A stretch of DNA of 64,000 nucleotides from Candidatus Poribacteria bacterium (GTDB taxonomy: Bacteria > Poribacteria > WGA-4E > PCPOR2b): the NCBI GenBank assembly GCA_965198175.1, contig OZ240245.1, positions 640,001-704,000 of the forward strand, read 5' to 3'. The stretch's first letter is position 1. Every line of letters starts with the position of its first letter. Of the stretch, positions 10,190 to 18,896 are shown in pieces. Made by a program: the position numbers and the translations under genes. The notes beneath the pieces were generated by a model that was not told the origin of the DNA, made no database searches, and worked only from the letters and a program-made list of their open reading frames with translations.

Positions 10190-11473
10190 TTACTCCCCAT
10201 CTCCAATGGCATACAGCGCCTTATAGCTACGAAGGTAAAGCCTACCGTTCGAGACGACAGGCGACGCAGAGATAGCCTCTTCAATATCATTGGAGGCAAG
10301 AATCTCAAAATTTCGCCCAGCCTTTACAACGGTTACACGTCCATCTCTCGCCGTCAAATAGATGTTGCCGTCACTACTAACTGGTGATGCACGATGCCTG
10401 TGACGGTGTGTCCGCTCTTTGTACACTTGATTGCCGGTCGCAGCGTCTATGCAGATTAGATCGCCATTTTCCCGGCAGAGATAAACAAGTCCATCGTGGA
10501 TGAGTGGGGACGGAACATCCGGGGTGCCATCCTCTCGCATCCAGTGGTACCATTGTTTGGAGTCGGTTATATCCCCCTTGCCGTCCGGACGCAGACCGAT
10601 GACCGGTCCATTCTTCGCAGAAGGAACGACGACGAGACCGGGGACCGCCACAGGCGAGGCAACAAACCGCAGGGAGGTGTTGTAACTATCTTTAGGATTG
10701 AGGTTACCACAGCGCCAGATCTCGCTTCCGTCCGTGAGGCGGTGGGCGGTGAGGTAGTCCGCACCGTGAACGAGCAAGAATTCTCGTTTATCGTCTCGAT
10801 AGAGGAAAGGCGAGGCGTAAGAATGCTCGCACTCTGCGTAAGCATCGCTTTTCCGTCTGTGCTTCCAAATCTCACGCCCGGTCGATTTTTCCAATGCAAG
10901 CACAAGCCATGCACCGCTGTGTATGAGCTGGAGATAGAGCTGGTCGCTGTCAAGGAGCGGGGTGGACGCCATCACGAAGTAGAGTTTGAAGCTGCCATAC
11001 CGATCTTCGAGATTAGTCTTCCAAACCTCGACCCCGTCAAAGTCATAGCAGGCTAAGACCCCAGTGCTGACAAATGCCCAGACATGTTGACCGTCGGTAG
11101 AAGGAGAAGGGGAGGCGGCGTTTGCCTCGCCGCCGCGGACGACACGATTTCCAGTTCCCAAGGTGCGTTTCCAGAGAACCTTGCTATCCGTTCTGATGCA
11201 CAACAGCACCAGATCATCGCCTTCGGTTGAGGTCAGGAAGATGCGGTCGTCCCACACGACCGGTGTAGCACCAGCGGGACCCGGAAGCGGAAGTCGCCAA
11301 AGAACGTTCTCAGTCTTACTCCATTGGACTGGAAGACCAGATTCGAGACTTGTGCCGTCATTACGCGGTCCCCGCCAATTTTGCCAGTTTTCCGCTACAG
11401 CAGCCCCCATAACGGAAAGGAGAAGGACACCGAGTATTACAGTCGACAACCGTGTTTTGCGTGTTTTGCTCAT
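10190..11473 (-). CDS. Secreted PQQ-binding-like beta-propeller protein (BamB-like repeats)
   Basis: Signal peptide, NWQNWRGP, and repeated SPVV/W.. propeller blades. Confidence 0.85.
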   Translation of the reverse strand: MSKTRKTRLSTVILGVLLLSVMGAAVAENWQNWRGPRNDGTSLESGLPVQWSKTENVLWRLPLPGPAGATPVVWDDRIFLTSTEGDDLVLLCIRTDSKVLWKRTLGTGNRVVRGGEANAASPSPSTDGQHVWAFVSTGVLACYDFDGVEVWKTNLEDRYGSFKLYFVMASTPLLDSDQLYLQLIHSGAWLVLALEKSTGREIWKHRRKSDAYAECEHSYASPFLYRDDKREFLLVHGADYLTAHRLTDGSEIWRCGNLNPKDSYNTSLRFVASPVAVPGLVVVPSAKNGPVIGLRPDGKGDITDSKQWYHWMREDGTPDVPSPLIHDGLVYLCRENGDLICIDAATGNQVYKERTHRHRHRASPVSSDGNIYLTARDGRVTVVKAGRNFEILASNDIEEAISASPVVSNGRLYLRSYKALYAIGDGE

Positions 11474-11526
11474 AGGATAACGCCTCCCAATTTCCTATAC
11501 AGTCCGCTCAACTGGAGAAGAGCAAA

Positions 11527-11555
11527 ATTGTAGAAAAAACTTTTTGGGTGATCAA
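11527..11555 (-). promoter_or_regulatory. Putative sigma70 promoter for the beta-propeller/Mrp/PCP_red block
   Basis: Minus strand TTGATC-N17-TACAAT about 55 bp upstream of the ATG at 11473. Confidence 0.55.
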
Positions 11556-11635
11556 TTCAAAAGAACTGAACCACATTCGGAGTACACTTCAAGGCTTGGT
11601 TGGAAAGAATTCAAAGTCGATGGAACTTTTTTACC

Positions 11636-13564
11636 TCAGTTTGTTTCAACCTCTACCTCATCTGTCTGCTCAACCTGTTGATAATAGTTGCCAAGCACCT
11701 CGTTAGCCAGACTCCGTCCGTCCTCAATCACCTGCGCTGCAAATTCGAGGTTGATTGTTGCGAGGTTCGCTTCCTGTGCTCGCTGCTCGACGCGCGATTG
11801 CGTGATGTTCCGCATAAAGCCAGTGGGAACGATATTCAATCGCTCGCGGGCATCCGCTGTCCATTCAAACGGACTTTCAATTGTTTCCCCCTGGGAAGTA
11901 TTGTCGGGTTCACGAGACTGAGAGACCGCCCTTAGTTCAGGTGCGTCTTCACGGATGGCAGAAGCGTCTTCCATACTCTCGCTGACAATCCGCATGGCGA
12001 ACTCGTTAGTGATGGTGTCTATCTTCTGCGTCCGTGCCGATTTTTCGATTCTCGCCTTGACATTGCGCCGCATGTAACCGCGCGGAACGATCCGCAACGC
12101 CTTCTTTGCCTGATCTGACCACTGGAGGCGAACACCATCGAAGGTCTGTTCCTCACTAGCGCCGCCCTCCAGATCTGCAATTTTCTGGAGCGAGTCTTTA
12201 TCAACCATCTGGAAATGGTCACCGCCGACGCCGCAGACCGGACATTTCACAGGCTGCTGATCGCTGGCGGCATAGCCACAATCTTCACAGATGTAAGTTT
12301 TGACTGCATTGGCTTCCTGCAACGTCTGTGTCGCAACCTCTTTGGCGACTCTCGTCATCCGTTGTGCGGAACGCCCCGGCATAAACGTCTCCATTGCGCC
12401 CTCAATGACGCTTTCGGTAATTACCGAATGCCCGCGCTCAAGCGCAAAGCGATGCACTGCCGTTCTAGCAATTCCTTGAATAAGCGGCGGTGCTTTCTCC
12501 ATACGATCTAAGGCGTCCTGCGTCCAAACGATAGTCTCTTCTGCTTTGACATCAACCTTGGGGACATACCGTTGGCTCGCTAATAGGACGTTGCAAGGGG
12601 CAAGCCGCAACAAGTTTTCGGTGTTACTGCCGATGTCCATCTCAGATTCACTGTGCACACCGATTCGACCAAGCACCAACAACCACGGCTCGGTCTTCCG
12701 CGTATATTGCAAGATTTTTTCAAAGGCTTTGCCGTCAAGCAAGGTAATCTTGAGATCGTAGCTGTGATCTTCTTTAGCAATTGTGCGCGCGACCTCTAGA
12801 TGGGACTGATAAATCTTGGCAAGCCCGGTGTCGATTACCTCCTCGTGTAACTGCTCCTGCTCTTTGAATCGAAAGGTTTTGGATGCGCGTTCCGTCAACA
12901 CATTGACGACTGAGTTAAATACCACATAGTGAAGATAGGGATCGTAGACACCGACAGCCTCAACGTGTCGATTAAATGCTTTCCCGATTTGAATCGCTGT
13001 TTTCAATCCCGCAAAGGACTCAGGACTGCCATCAATGCCCACGAGAATATGCCCACGCTGTTCTTCGATGGGCTGGATGTTTCTGACCACTAGTACATCG
13101 GTTTGGATTCGGCGGACAACCCGCTCGCACACACCGCCGAGTAGACTGTCTTTGACGGCTCCCATACCAAGAGCGCCCATAATCACCAAATCGTAGTTGC
13201 TAGCCCGAATATCCTCCACCAGCTTGATGAAATGCTTACCCTCCGGCATTTTTGCTTCAAAAGGGATATTTTCTTTCAAACATTTTTTCTGCATGACATC
13301 AAGATACGAATCCGAGATAAGTTGAAGCCCCATCGTAATCAAGGTGTCATGGATGCGGCGCTGCTTTTCGAGTTCAACTTCGTCTTGATATTCCTCAGGT
13401 AGAGTGTACTCCATCTGTTTGAAGCGAACATCGTGCATCTTCGCCGCGTAGACATGAGAGCCAACCAGTTGGGAGGCGAATTTCTTGGCAAACGCGATCG
13501 CGAGATCGACACTCGCATCAGAATAATCCGAATTGTCAACAGGCACATGGATTTTCTTAAACAT
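11636..13564 (-). CDS. Tandem universal stress protein domains fused to three PCP_red domains and a rubredoxin-like domain
   Basis: FKKIHVPVDNS...DLVIMGALG..LLGGV (USP1), ILVGIDGS...IGSNTENLLRLAPCNVL (USP2), three W(T/S).(D/Q)A..R/AL..(V/A)P units, and YICEDCGY..CPVCG. Start placed at MFKK with GGAG RBS. Confidence 0.85.
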   Translation of the reverse strand: MFKKIHVPVDNSDYSDASVDLAIAFAKKFASQLVGSHVYAAKMHDVRFKQMEYTLPEEYQDEVELEKQRRIHDTLITMGLQLISDSYLDVMQKKCLKENIPFEAKMPEGKHFIKLVEDIRASNYDLVIMGALGMGAVKDSLLGGVCERVVRRIQTDVLVVRNIQPIEEQRGHILVGIDGSPESFAGLKTAIQIGKAFNRHVEAVGVYDPYLHYVVFNSVVNVLTERASKTFRFKEQEQLHEEVIDTGLAKIYQSHLEVARTIAKEDHSYDLKITLLDGKAFEKILQYTRKTEPWLLVLGRIGVHSESEMDIGSNTENLLRLAPCNVLLASQRYVPKVDVKAEETIVWTQDALDRMEKAPPLIQGIARTAVHRFALERGHSVITESVIEGAMETFMPGRSAQRMTRVAKEVATQTLQEANAVKTYICEDCGYAASDQQPVKCPVCGVGGDHFQMVDKDSLQKIADLEGGASEEQTFDGVRLQWSDQAKKALRIVPRGYMRRNVKARIEKSARTQKIDTITNEFAMRIVSESMEDASAIREDAPELRAVSQSREPDNTSQGETIESPFEWTADARERLNIVPTGFMRNITQSRVEQRAQEANLATINLEFAAQVIEDGRSLANEVLGNYYQQVEQTDEVEVETN

Positions 13565-13579
13565 CGTCGCTTCTCCTTG

Positions 13580-13693
13580 ACTGTCGGTTAACACTATCGA
13601 TCAAGCGAACGGATTTAGTAATGGGTAATACGTAACGCATTACCCATTACTAAGACTATCGCCTTCGCTATTCGCTCAGTTGATCGTTTGATC
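13580..13693. repeat. Composite copy of the 79-bp GATC-ended repeat with an internal perfect hairpin
   Basis: Contains ACTGTCGGTTA, GATCAAGCGAACGGAT and GACTATCGCCTTCGCTATTCGCTCAGTTGATC. The hairpin TTAGTAATGGGTAAT-N9-ATTACCCATTACTAA (13615-13653) sits between them. Confidence 0.75.
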
Positions 13694-13732
13694 CTTCTCC
13701 AATCGATTATTATCAACTGACGAATTATAATT

Positions 13733-14023
13733 TCAACTTCCAAGGCTCAATCCCGACATCGCATCCCGCTTTTTCTGCTGGTGCCGACCCCAGAGTCCGC
13801 CCAGGATATGCCCAAGTATTGCCGCTGAAAAGAGATAGAGCACCCCGTCCCAATCCCAGTGCAGGATGAAGCGGCGGAGGATTATGTTAATAAGGATGGG
13901 GATGTAGATACACCGTCCCCAAGGGCGGGTAAACCGCTTGTAACGAACACGAAAAAATCCGAACGGCAGATTGATAATCAAAACTGCCAGTGAAACACCG
14001 AGGAGCATTGCATCAAGATTCAC
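13733..14023 (-). CDS. Small membrane protein
   Basis: 96 aa with 3 hydrophobic segments. Overlaps the SCO stop codon. Confidence 0.65.
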   Translation of the reverse strand: MNLDAMLLGVSLAVLIINLPFGFFRVRYKRFTRPWGRCIYIPILINIILRRFILHWDWDGVLYLFSAAILGHILGGLWGRHQQKKRDAMSGLSLGS

Positions 14024-14673
14024 CGTTCGAGGAGTAATTGCGGTATGTCTCGGCGAAGTTTTTGAAGCGCCTCATCTTCATTGCTATCGTAGTAGCCACG
14101 TATTTGTCCACGATGATCGACTAAGACAAACCGAGCACTATGAAGAACTTCGGATTCTTGCTGCCCGATGGCTAAGCCGAAGCCTTCTTGTGTGAGGTGA
14201 TAGATAACTTTCTTTTCTCCTGTTAGAAAAAACCATCTGTTTCCATCTACGCCGAAGCGATTAGCATACCGAAGGAGAACATCCGGCGTGTCATATTCTG
14301 GATCGACAGAGAACGAGACGAAGTAAATACCTGACTCCACAAATTCTTCCTGAAGCCTCTTCATCTTAACTGTCATCAACGGGCAAGCCGCAACGCAGCG
14401 TGTGAAGATAAAATCCGCAACCCAAATTTTGCCGTGGAGGTCTGATAATGCAAGTGGGGCACCTCGCAGATCAATCAAAGAGAAATCAGGCACTTGGCGA
14501 TGGACAGCAAGATCTGATTCGGTATTCGCACCTAAGTCTTGATGGAGTGATGACCAGATATTGGCACCAACAATGCCGACGATGACAGCAATCAACGCCC
14601 CCCACAATAGTCCATGTCGAAGACGTTCTCTCGGTTTAGGGTTCTGTTCCGGAGATTGTACTTTTGCTTCCAT
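14020..14673 (-). CDS. SCO family copper chaperone for CuA
   Basis: TM anchor, FIFTRCVAACP (CxxxC), VDPEYDTP, LHSARFVLVD. Confidence 0.93.
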   Translation of the reverse strand: MEAKVQSPEQNPKPRERLRHGLLWGALIAVIVGIVGANIWSSLHQDLGANTESDLAVHRQVPDFSLIDLRGAPLALSDLHGKIWVADFIFTRCVAACPLMTVKMKRLQEEFVESGIYFVSFSVDPEYDTPDVLLRYANRFGVDGNRWFFLTGEKKVIYHLTQEGFGLAIGQQESEVLHSARFVLVDHRGQIRGYYDSNEDEALQKLRRDIPQLLLER

Positions 14674-14713
14674 AGGCGTATTTGGAACTAGGCTGAGTAC
14701 TTAGGAATTCGCG

Positions 14714-15046
14714 TCAATGAGAGGTTTCAACAGTATGAGAAGCGGAGGTTGTCATTCCCGTATGACGATCCCCTGCCATCAGATCCGGAAGTAGCATAAA
14801 CACGAGAAAAACGCAGATGATAAACGGTGTCAATGCAATGGCTGTCAAGGTTTTCTGCTCAAATTTCAGGTGCATAAAAAAGAGTGCGACATAAGCTGCC
14901 TTAGAACAAGCCATACCAATCAGCAGGAGCGCGGTCACAATCGTTGGAAAAGGCAGGTAAACGACGACAACTTCAGCGATGGTGAGTATGATAAGAATCA
15001 CAAATATTCTCATGTATTTCGGGTGTTCTTTATGAGCGTGTTCCAT
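14714..15046 (-). CDS. ctaF: Cytochrome c oxidase subunit IV
   Basis: 3 TMs with KAAYVALFFMHLKFE. Confidence 0.88.
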   Translation of the reverse strand: MEHAHKEHPKYMRIFVILIILTIAEVVVVYLPFPTIVTALLLIGMACSKAAYVALFFMHLKFEQKTLTAIALTPFIICVFLVFMLLPDLMAGDRHTGMTTSASHTVETSH

Positions 15047-15066
15047 CTTGATTCTCCATTCGGCGA

Positions 15067-15693
15067 TTACAATAGATAGACAAAAGTAAAGACCATGATC
15101 CAGACAAGGTCAACGAAGTGCCAATATAGCCCCAAAATCTCGACTTTGTGGTTATACGCTGCTGTGTACGTTCCCCGCAGCCCCTGAATCAAGATAACGG
15201 TAAGGTAGATGACCCCGCCGGTGACGTGGGCACCGTGGAAACCTGTAATCGTGTAAAAGGTTGGACCGAAAAGCGTGGAACCGGAAAATCCATGCGGAAG
15301 CGTGGTGAAGGTGAGACCGTGTGTGATCAGGTGCGTCCATTCATACGCTTGCAGTCCCAAAAAGATTAGTCCACCCAGAATGGTCAAACCGAGGTAGGTA
15401 CACATTTTCGATTGGTTACCGTTCTGAATGGATTCGAGGGCTTTGACCATTGTGACACTACTACAGATTAACAGAAAAGTCATACCTGCTGTGAGGTTAA
15501 TGCCTAGCACTTCGGATGGTGCCGCCCACTCCGCCGCACTAGCTCGGATAGCGCCGTAAGCAGCCAGTAAAGCGCCAAACGACATCGCATCGCTAATAAG
15601 AAAGAGCCACATCCCCAACTTGCCCAGACTGTCCGGTGTTAGGGATGGTTCGTAGACATCAGCAGAATGATCGAGTGTTGTAGTTTCTTCCAA
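15067..15693 (-). CDS. ctaE: Cytochrome c oxidase subunit III (copy 2)
   Basis: KLGMWLFLISD, TGFHGAHV, GLYWHFVDLVW. Confidence 0.92.
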   Translation of the reverse strand: MEETTTLDHSADVYEPSLTPDSLGKLGMWLFLISDAMSFGALLAAYGAIRASAAEWAAPSEVLGINLTAGMTFLLICSSVTMVKALESIQNGNQSKMCTYLGLTILGGLIFLGLQAYEWTHLITHGLTFTTLPHGFSGSTLFGPTFYTITGFHGAHVTGGVIYLTVILIQGLRGTYTAAYNHKVEILGLYWHFVDLVWIMVFTFVYLL

Positions 15694-15696
15694 TTT

Positions 15697-15951
15697 TCAC
15701 ACTCCTTTCATATTTGAAGGTGGTTTATGATTATTGGTCCGATTTGTGTGTTTGTATATGTAGAATACGCTACCGCCAATCAGACCGGAAACGAGATAAG
15801 GCATCGCCATAAGGAATAAAATACTCCACTTAAAACCTTGAACTATTGGGTCATCAATCATTTTACATGAGGGACACGCATTGCCAATGGCTGGATCAAC
15901 CAGAGTAATAACCAGCGCTGCGAATAACAATAGGACGTATTGACGCATCAC
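15697..15951 (-). CDS. Small exported membrane protein with CxxC
   Basis: Signal peptide followed by ACPSCK and one TM. Tightly packed in the cox operon. Confidence 0.7.
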   Translation of the reverse strand: MMRQYVLLLFAALVITLVDPAIGNACPSCKMIDDPIVQGFKWSILFLMAMPYLVSGLIGGSVFYIYKHTNRTNNHKPPSNMKGV

Positions 15952-15963
15952 AAAAACCTCTTT

Positions 15964-16569
15964 TCAGATGAGATACACAAGAATATAAAGAATGGGCCAC
16001 AACAACACAACAAACGCCCAGTAAATAGTGCAGACTTCAACACCAACATGGTAATTAACTGAAAACCGACCGGCTATCGCTCCAGCGAAAACAGCTAACA
16101 GCCAAAAGACTGCGACCAGAACGTGCAGTGCATGACAACCGATGAGGACATAGAAGATTGAGCCGTATATTCCGGACGAAAGCGTGAATCCATGATGCGC
16201 CAAGCGAACCCATTCCGAACCTTGCACAACAAGGAAAATGACGCCAAGGAGCCCCGTGACGAAGAGCCTGTTTCTGAGTTCTTTCTGACGGTCTTGCCGA
16301 ATAGCTCGCAGTGCATGAAACATTGTGTAGCCGCTCAAGAGCAGGACGACTGTATTCAGTCCTGTCACGACAATGGGCAAACGAACATCAACCTGCGAGG
16401 GCGGGGGCCAGGTCGTACTCCCCAAACGAAACACAAGGAATGTCCCAATCAGCCCTGCGAAAAACATGATTTCGGCACCCAAGAGTACCAATACGGCTAA
16501 ACGCGCATTGCTTATGGGTCTATTTTCTCCTTCGGTGCCTGCGTATGATGTGCGTTCTAATTCATCCAT
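15964..16569 (-). CDS. ctaE: Cytochrome c oxidase subunit III (copy 1)
   Basis: AEIMFFAGL, LNTVVLLLSG, GCHALHV, IYWAFV..LW. Confidence 0.88.
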   Translation of the reverse strand: MDELERTSYAGTEGENRPISNARLAVLVLLGAEIMFFAGLIGTFLVFRLGSTTWPPPSQVDVRLPIVVTGLNTVVLLLSGYTMFHALRAIRQDRQKELRNRLFVTGLLGVIFLVVQGSEWVRLAHHGFTLSSGIYGSIFYVLIGCHALHVLVAVFWLLAVFAGAIAGRFSVNYHVGVEVCTIYWAFVVLLWPILYILVYLI

Positions 16570-16623
16570 CGGAAATAAAGCGTGAAACGTAAAAAACGAA
16601 GAAATCCAAGTTATTATTACGCT

Positions 16624-16734
16624 TTAGTTTTTTACGATTGCGACAATCGTTGCTAGAGAGAATAAGACGATAAATATCGCGAATAAGAGCAAACCGATAC
16701 ACCGGTTTCGCTTCCGCTTTTTATGGTCGTTCAT
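16624..16734 (-). CDS. 36-aa single-TM peptide in the cox operon (below the ORF-track cutoff)
   Basis: MNDHKKRKRNRCIGLLLFAIFIVLFSLATIVAIVKN*, with a GGGAG RBS upstream. Fills the gap between ctaB and ctaE. Confidence 0.7.
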   Translation of the reverse strand: MNDHKKRKRNRCIGLLLFAIFIVLFSLATIVAIVKN

Positions 16735-16757
16735 CTGAATTTTATGCTCCCAATCCG

Positions 16758-17660
16758 TTACGACATCTTGTCAAGTGCCATCGCTAGAAACACAAGTGGT
16801 AAGTATATCAATGAAGCGTACAGCAAGCGTTTCGCTGCTGCGGTCGATCGAGAAATTGAGAGGCTGATGCCAAACCCAAGAAAAACGATGCTCAACGCGA
16901 GTGCGGCGAAAAAATAAACGATACCTGCGATGCCGATTAGCGTGGGCAGCAGTGCCACAACGAGAAGGCCGAGACAGTTGCTGACAATCTGCCTCCCCGT
17001 GCTCTTGCCATCCGGATCAATTACCGGCAGCAAGCGGAATCCTGCCTGCGCATATTCATCGCGGTAGATACACGCGATTGACAGTGAGTGGGGTAGTTGC
17101 CAGAGGAACAGAATCGAGAAAAGCACGCACGCCTCAATATTAAGCGATTCTCGCGCTGCAACCCAACCAATAACGGGTGGTAATGCGCCCGGCACCGCAC
17201 CCACAACGGTACAGAGTGATGTCTTCTGCTTCAGTGGGGTATAAACGAACAGATACGTTACAACGATGGCGGAGGTGACCAATGCGCTTAAAGCGTTCAC
17301 GGAAAATGCCATATAGATTAAACCGCTAGCGGTCAGTAAAACTCCAAATGACAGAGCTGTAGTCGGTTGAAGCCGCCGATCCGGCAACGGGCGGCGACAC
17401 GTCCGCACCATCTGGGCATCCAGATCGCGTTCAAGATACTGATTCAGGGCTAATACTCCCGCTGCTGATAATCCCGTGCCGATAATGGTGTGAATGAACT
17501 TCAGCCACTCTAGCGGCTGCGGGGAGGCGAGATAAAAACCGACTGAAGTTGTAATCAGTATCATTGATACGAGCCGTGGCTTTGTCAACTCAACAAAAGT
17601 TGACACGCGGCGGCTCATTAGGGATAAATCGCTATCTAGCGTCTCTGTTGTTGGTATCAT
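16758..17660 (-). CDS. ctaB: Protoheme IX farnesyltransferase (heme O synthase)
   Basis: ELTKPR, NQYLERDLDAQM.RT..RPLP, YTPLK, GALPPVIGW, FLWQLPH. Confidence 0.95.
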   Translation of the reverse strand: MIPTTETLDSDLSLMSRRVSTFVELTKPRLVSMILITTSVGFYLASPQPLEWLKFIHTIIGTGLSAAGVLALNQYLERDLDAQMVRTCRRPLPDRRLQPTTALSFGVLLTASGLIYMAFSVNALSALVTSAIVVTYLFVYTPLKQKTSLCTVVGAVPGALPPVIGWVAARESLNIEACVLFSILFLWQLPHSLSIACIYRDEYAQAGFRLLPVIDPDGKSTGRQIVSNCLGLLVVALLPTLIGIAGIVYFFAALALSIVFLGFGISLSISRSTAAAKRLLYASLIYLPLVFLAMALDKMS

Positions 17661-17680
17661 GCGGATACCTCGTCGGAAAC

Positions 17681-17759
17681 GATCAACCGACCGAATAGGG
17701 AGGGCGATAGTCTTAACCGGCAGTGAAAACTATCGCTTTCGCTATCCGCTCAGTTGATC
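17681..17759. repeat. 79-bp GATC-ended imperfect palindromic repeat (REP/MITE-like)
   Basis: GATCAACCGACCGAATAGGGAGGGCGATAGTC-TTAACCGGCAGTGAA-AACTATCGCTTTCGCTATCCGCTCAGTTGATC. Overlaps the 3' end of ctaA. Confidence 0.85.
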
Positions 17760-18843
17760 TTGTGAAACGAAACACGTTCAAAACCAATAGGACGGCACTG
17801 ACCATCATTAACGCACCAATCGCAACATGGGCGGTGGTGATTGCTACACCGGCGACAGGAGACACACCTTCCCCAAGGGCGGTGAACTCGATGAGATATG
17901 CCCCGACGCCTAGCGTCAATTGTACGGCGAGTAGACCACTCAATAGCAATATAAGACGAACAAGAAGCCGATTCTCAAGATAATCGTTCAATATCCGCCT
18001 CAAAAGCAAGAATATGTGAATTGCCACTAAGCCTGCGAAAAGCAGATGGGCATCCAGCCGATTCCCGGTATGCCTCAACACAGCGCCGAAGATGTATTGG
18101 ATATAGATGAGACATAATGTGGTGAGACTCAAGCTTCTCAAGCGAGAAGCGTTTGTGGTATCAATTTTCTCCAATGTACCCAACCATCCACGCGAAGTAA
18201 ATAACGCGAGACTTGCGGTTAGCGCAAAAAATGCTTGGGCAAAACAGGCGTGTATGATGGCGAGTGCTCTGCTGAGGTTTGTGACACGCATGCCGCCCAT
18301 CACCCCTTGAACAACAACCGCGACGACTGCAATAACGCTTAGCCATTTCATCCATTTCCGATTATCCTTCACCAAGATTGATACCATCAACCAATTCGTC
18401 AGAAAACCAACGACAGCCCCAATCAGCCGATGGCTATGTTCGTACAGAACACCGTGAACGTATACATCGAGCCGCTCACCGGATTTGATTAGCGTATAGG
18501 TGCGCCCGTTCTCGTCATCCGTGAGCCTCCATCTGCTGCCTCGTTCTTCCGCTGAAATTATAACATTTTCTGACACCGAAATCTTTTTTTCAAGTGCCGT
18601 CCGTAGACCGCCGGACAAATTACTGTCATCCAGATCGGCTTGAAGACTTGGGTCAATGCTGAACAGAAATCCGCTGACCGTTTTGGAGAGCGGATAGAGA
18701 AACATGTTGTATCCGAAGGTCGTGGGCCAATCGGGTACAGCAAGCCCTGAATCTGTGCTCGTCACAAGCCCGCCCATACAGATCAGGATGAACGTCATCA
18801 CAGCGGTGAGGACAGCAAGTCCATAAAGCCATCGCCGATACAT
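17713..18843 (-). CDS. ctaA: Heme A synthase (COX15/CtaA) with a ~70-aa loop insertion
   Basis: GGLVTSTDSGLAVPDWP, YEHSHRL, QGVMGGMRV, IHACFAQ, GAVLRH, TAHVAIGA. Confidence 0.9.
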   Translation of the reverse strand: MYRRWLYGLAVLTAVMTFILICMGGLVTSTDSGLAVPDWPTTFGYNMFLYPLSKTVSGFLFSIDPSLQADLDDSNLSGGLRTALEKKISVSENVIISAEERGSRWRLTDDENGRTYTLIKSGERLDVYVHGVLYEHSHRLIGAVVGFLTNWLMVSILVKDNRKWMKWLSVIAVVAVVVQGVMGGMRVTNLSRALAIIHACFAQAFFALTASLALFTSRGWLGTLEKIDTTNASRLRSLSLTTLCLIYIQYIFGAVLRHTGNRLDAHLLFAGLVAIHIFLLLRRILNDYLENRLLVRLILLLSGLLAVQLTLGVGAYLIEFTALGEGVSPVAGVAITTAHVAIGALMMVSAVLLVLNVFRFTRSTERIAKAIVFTAG

Positions 18844-18896
18844 TGAATCGGTTTTTCCTTCCCACCGTTTAGTGGTTTAGAACGATTAGCAGATCC

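Noticed and set aside
6143..13564. Photosynthesis or chlorophyll synthesis inferred from PCP_red domains and b6-type cytochrome
   Set aside because: There are no BchL/N/B catalytic domains or reaction-centre genes. Only the small tail domain is present.
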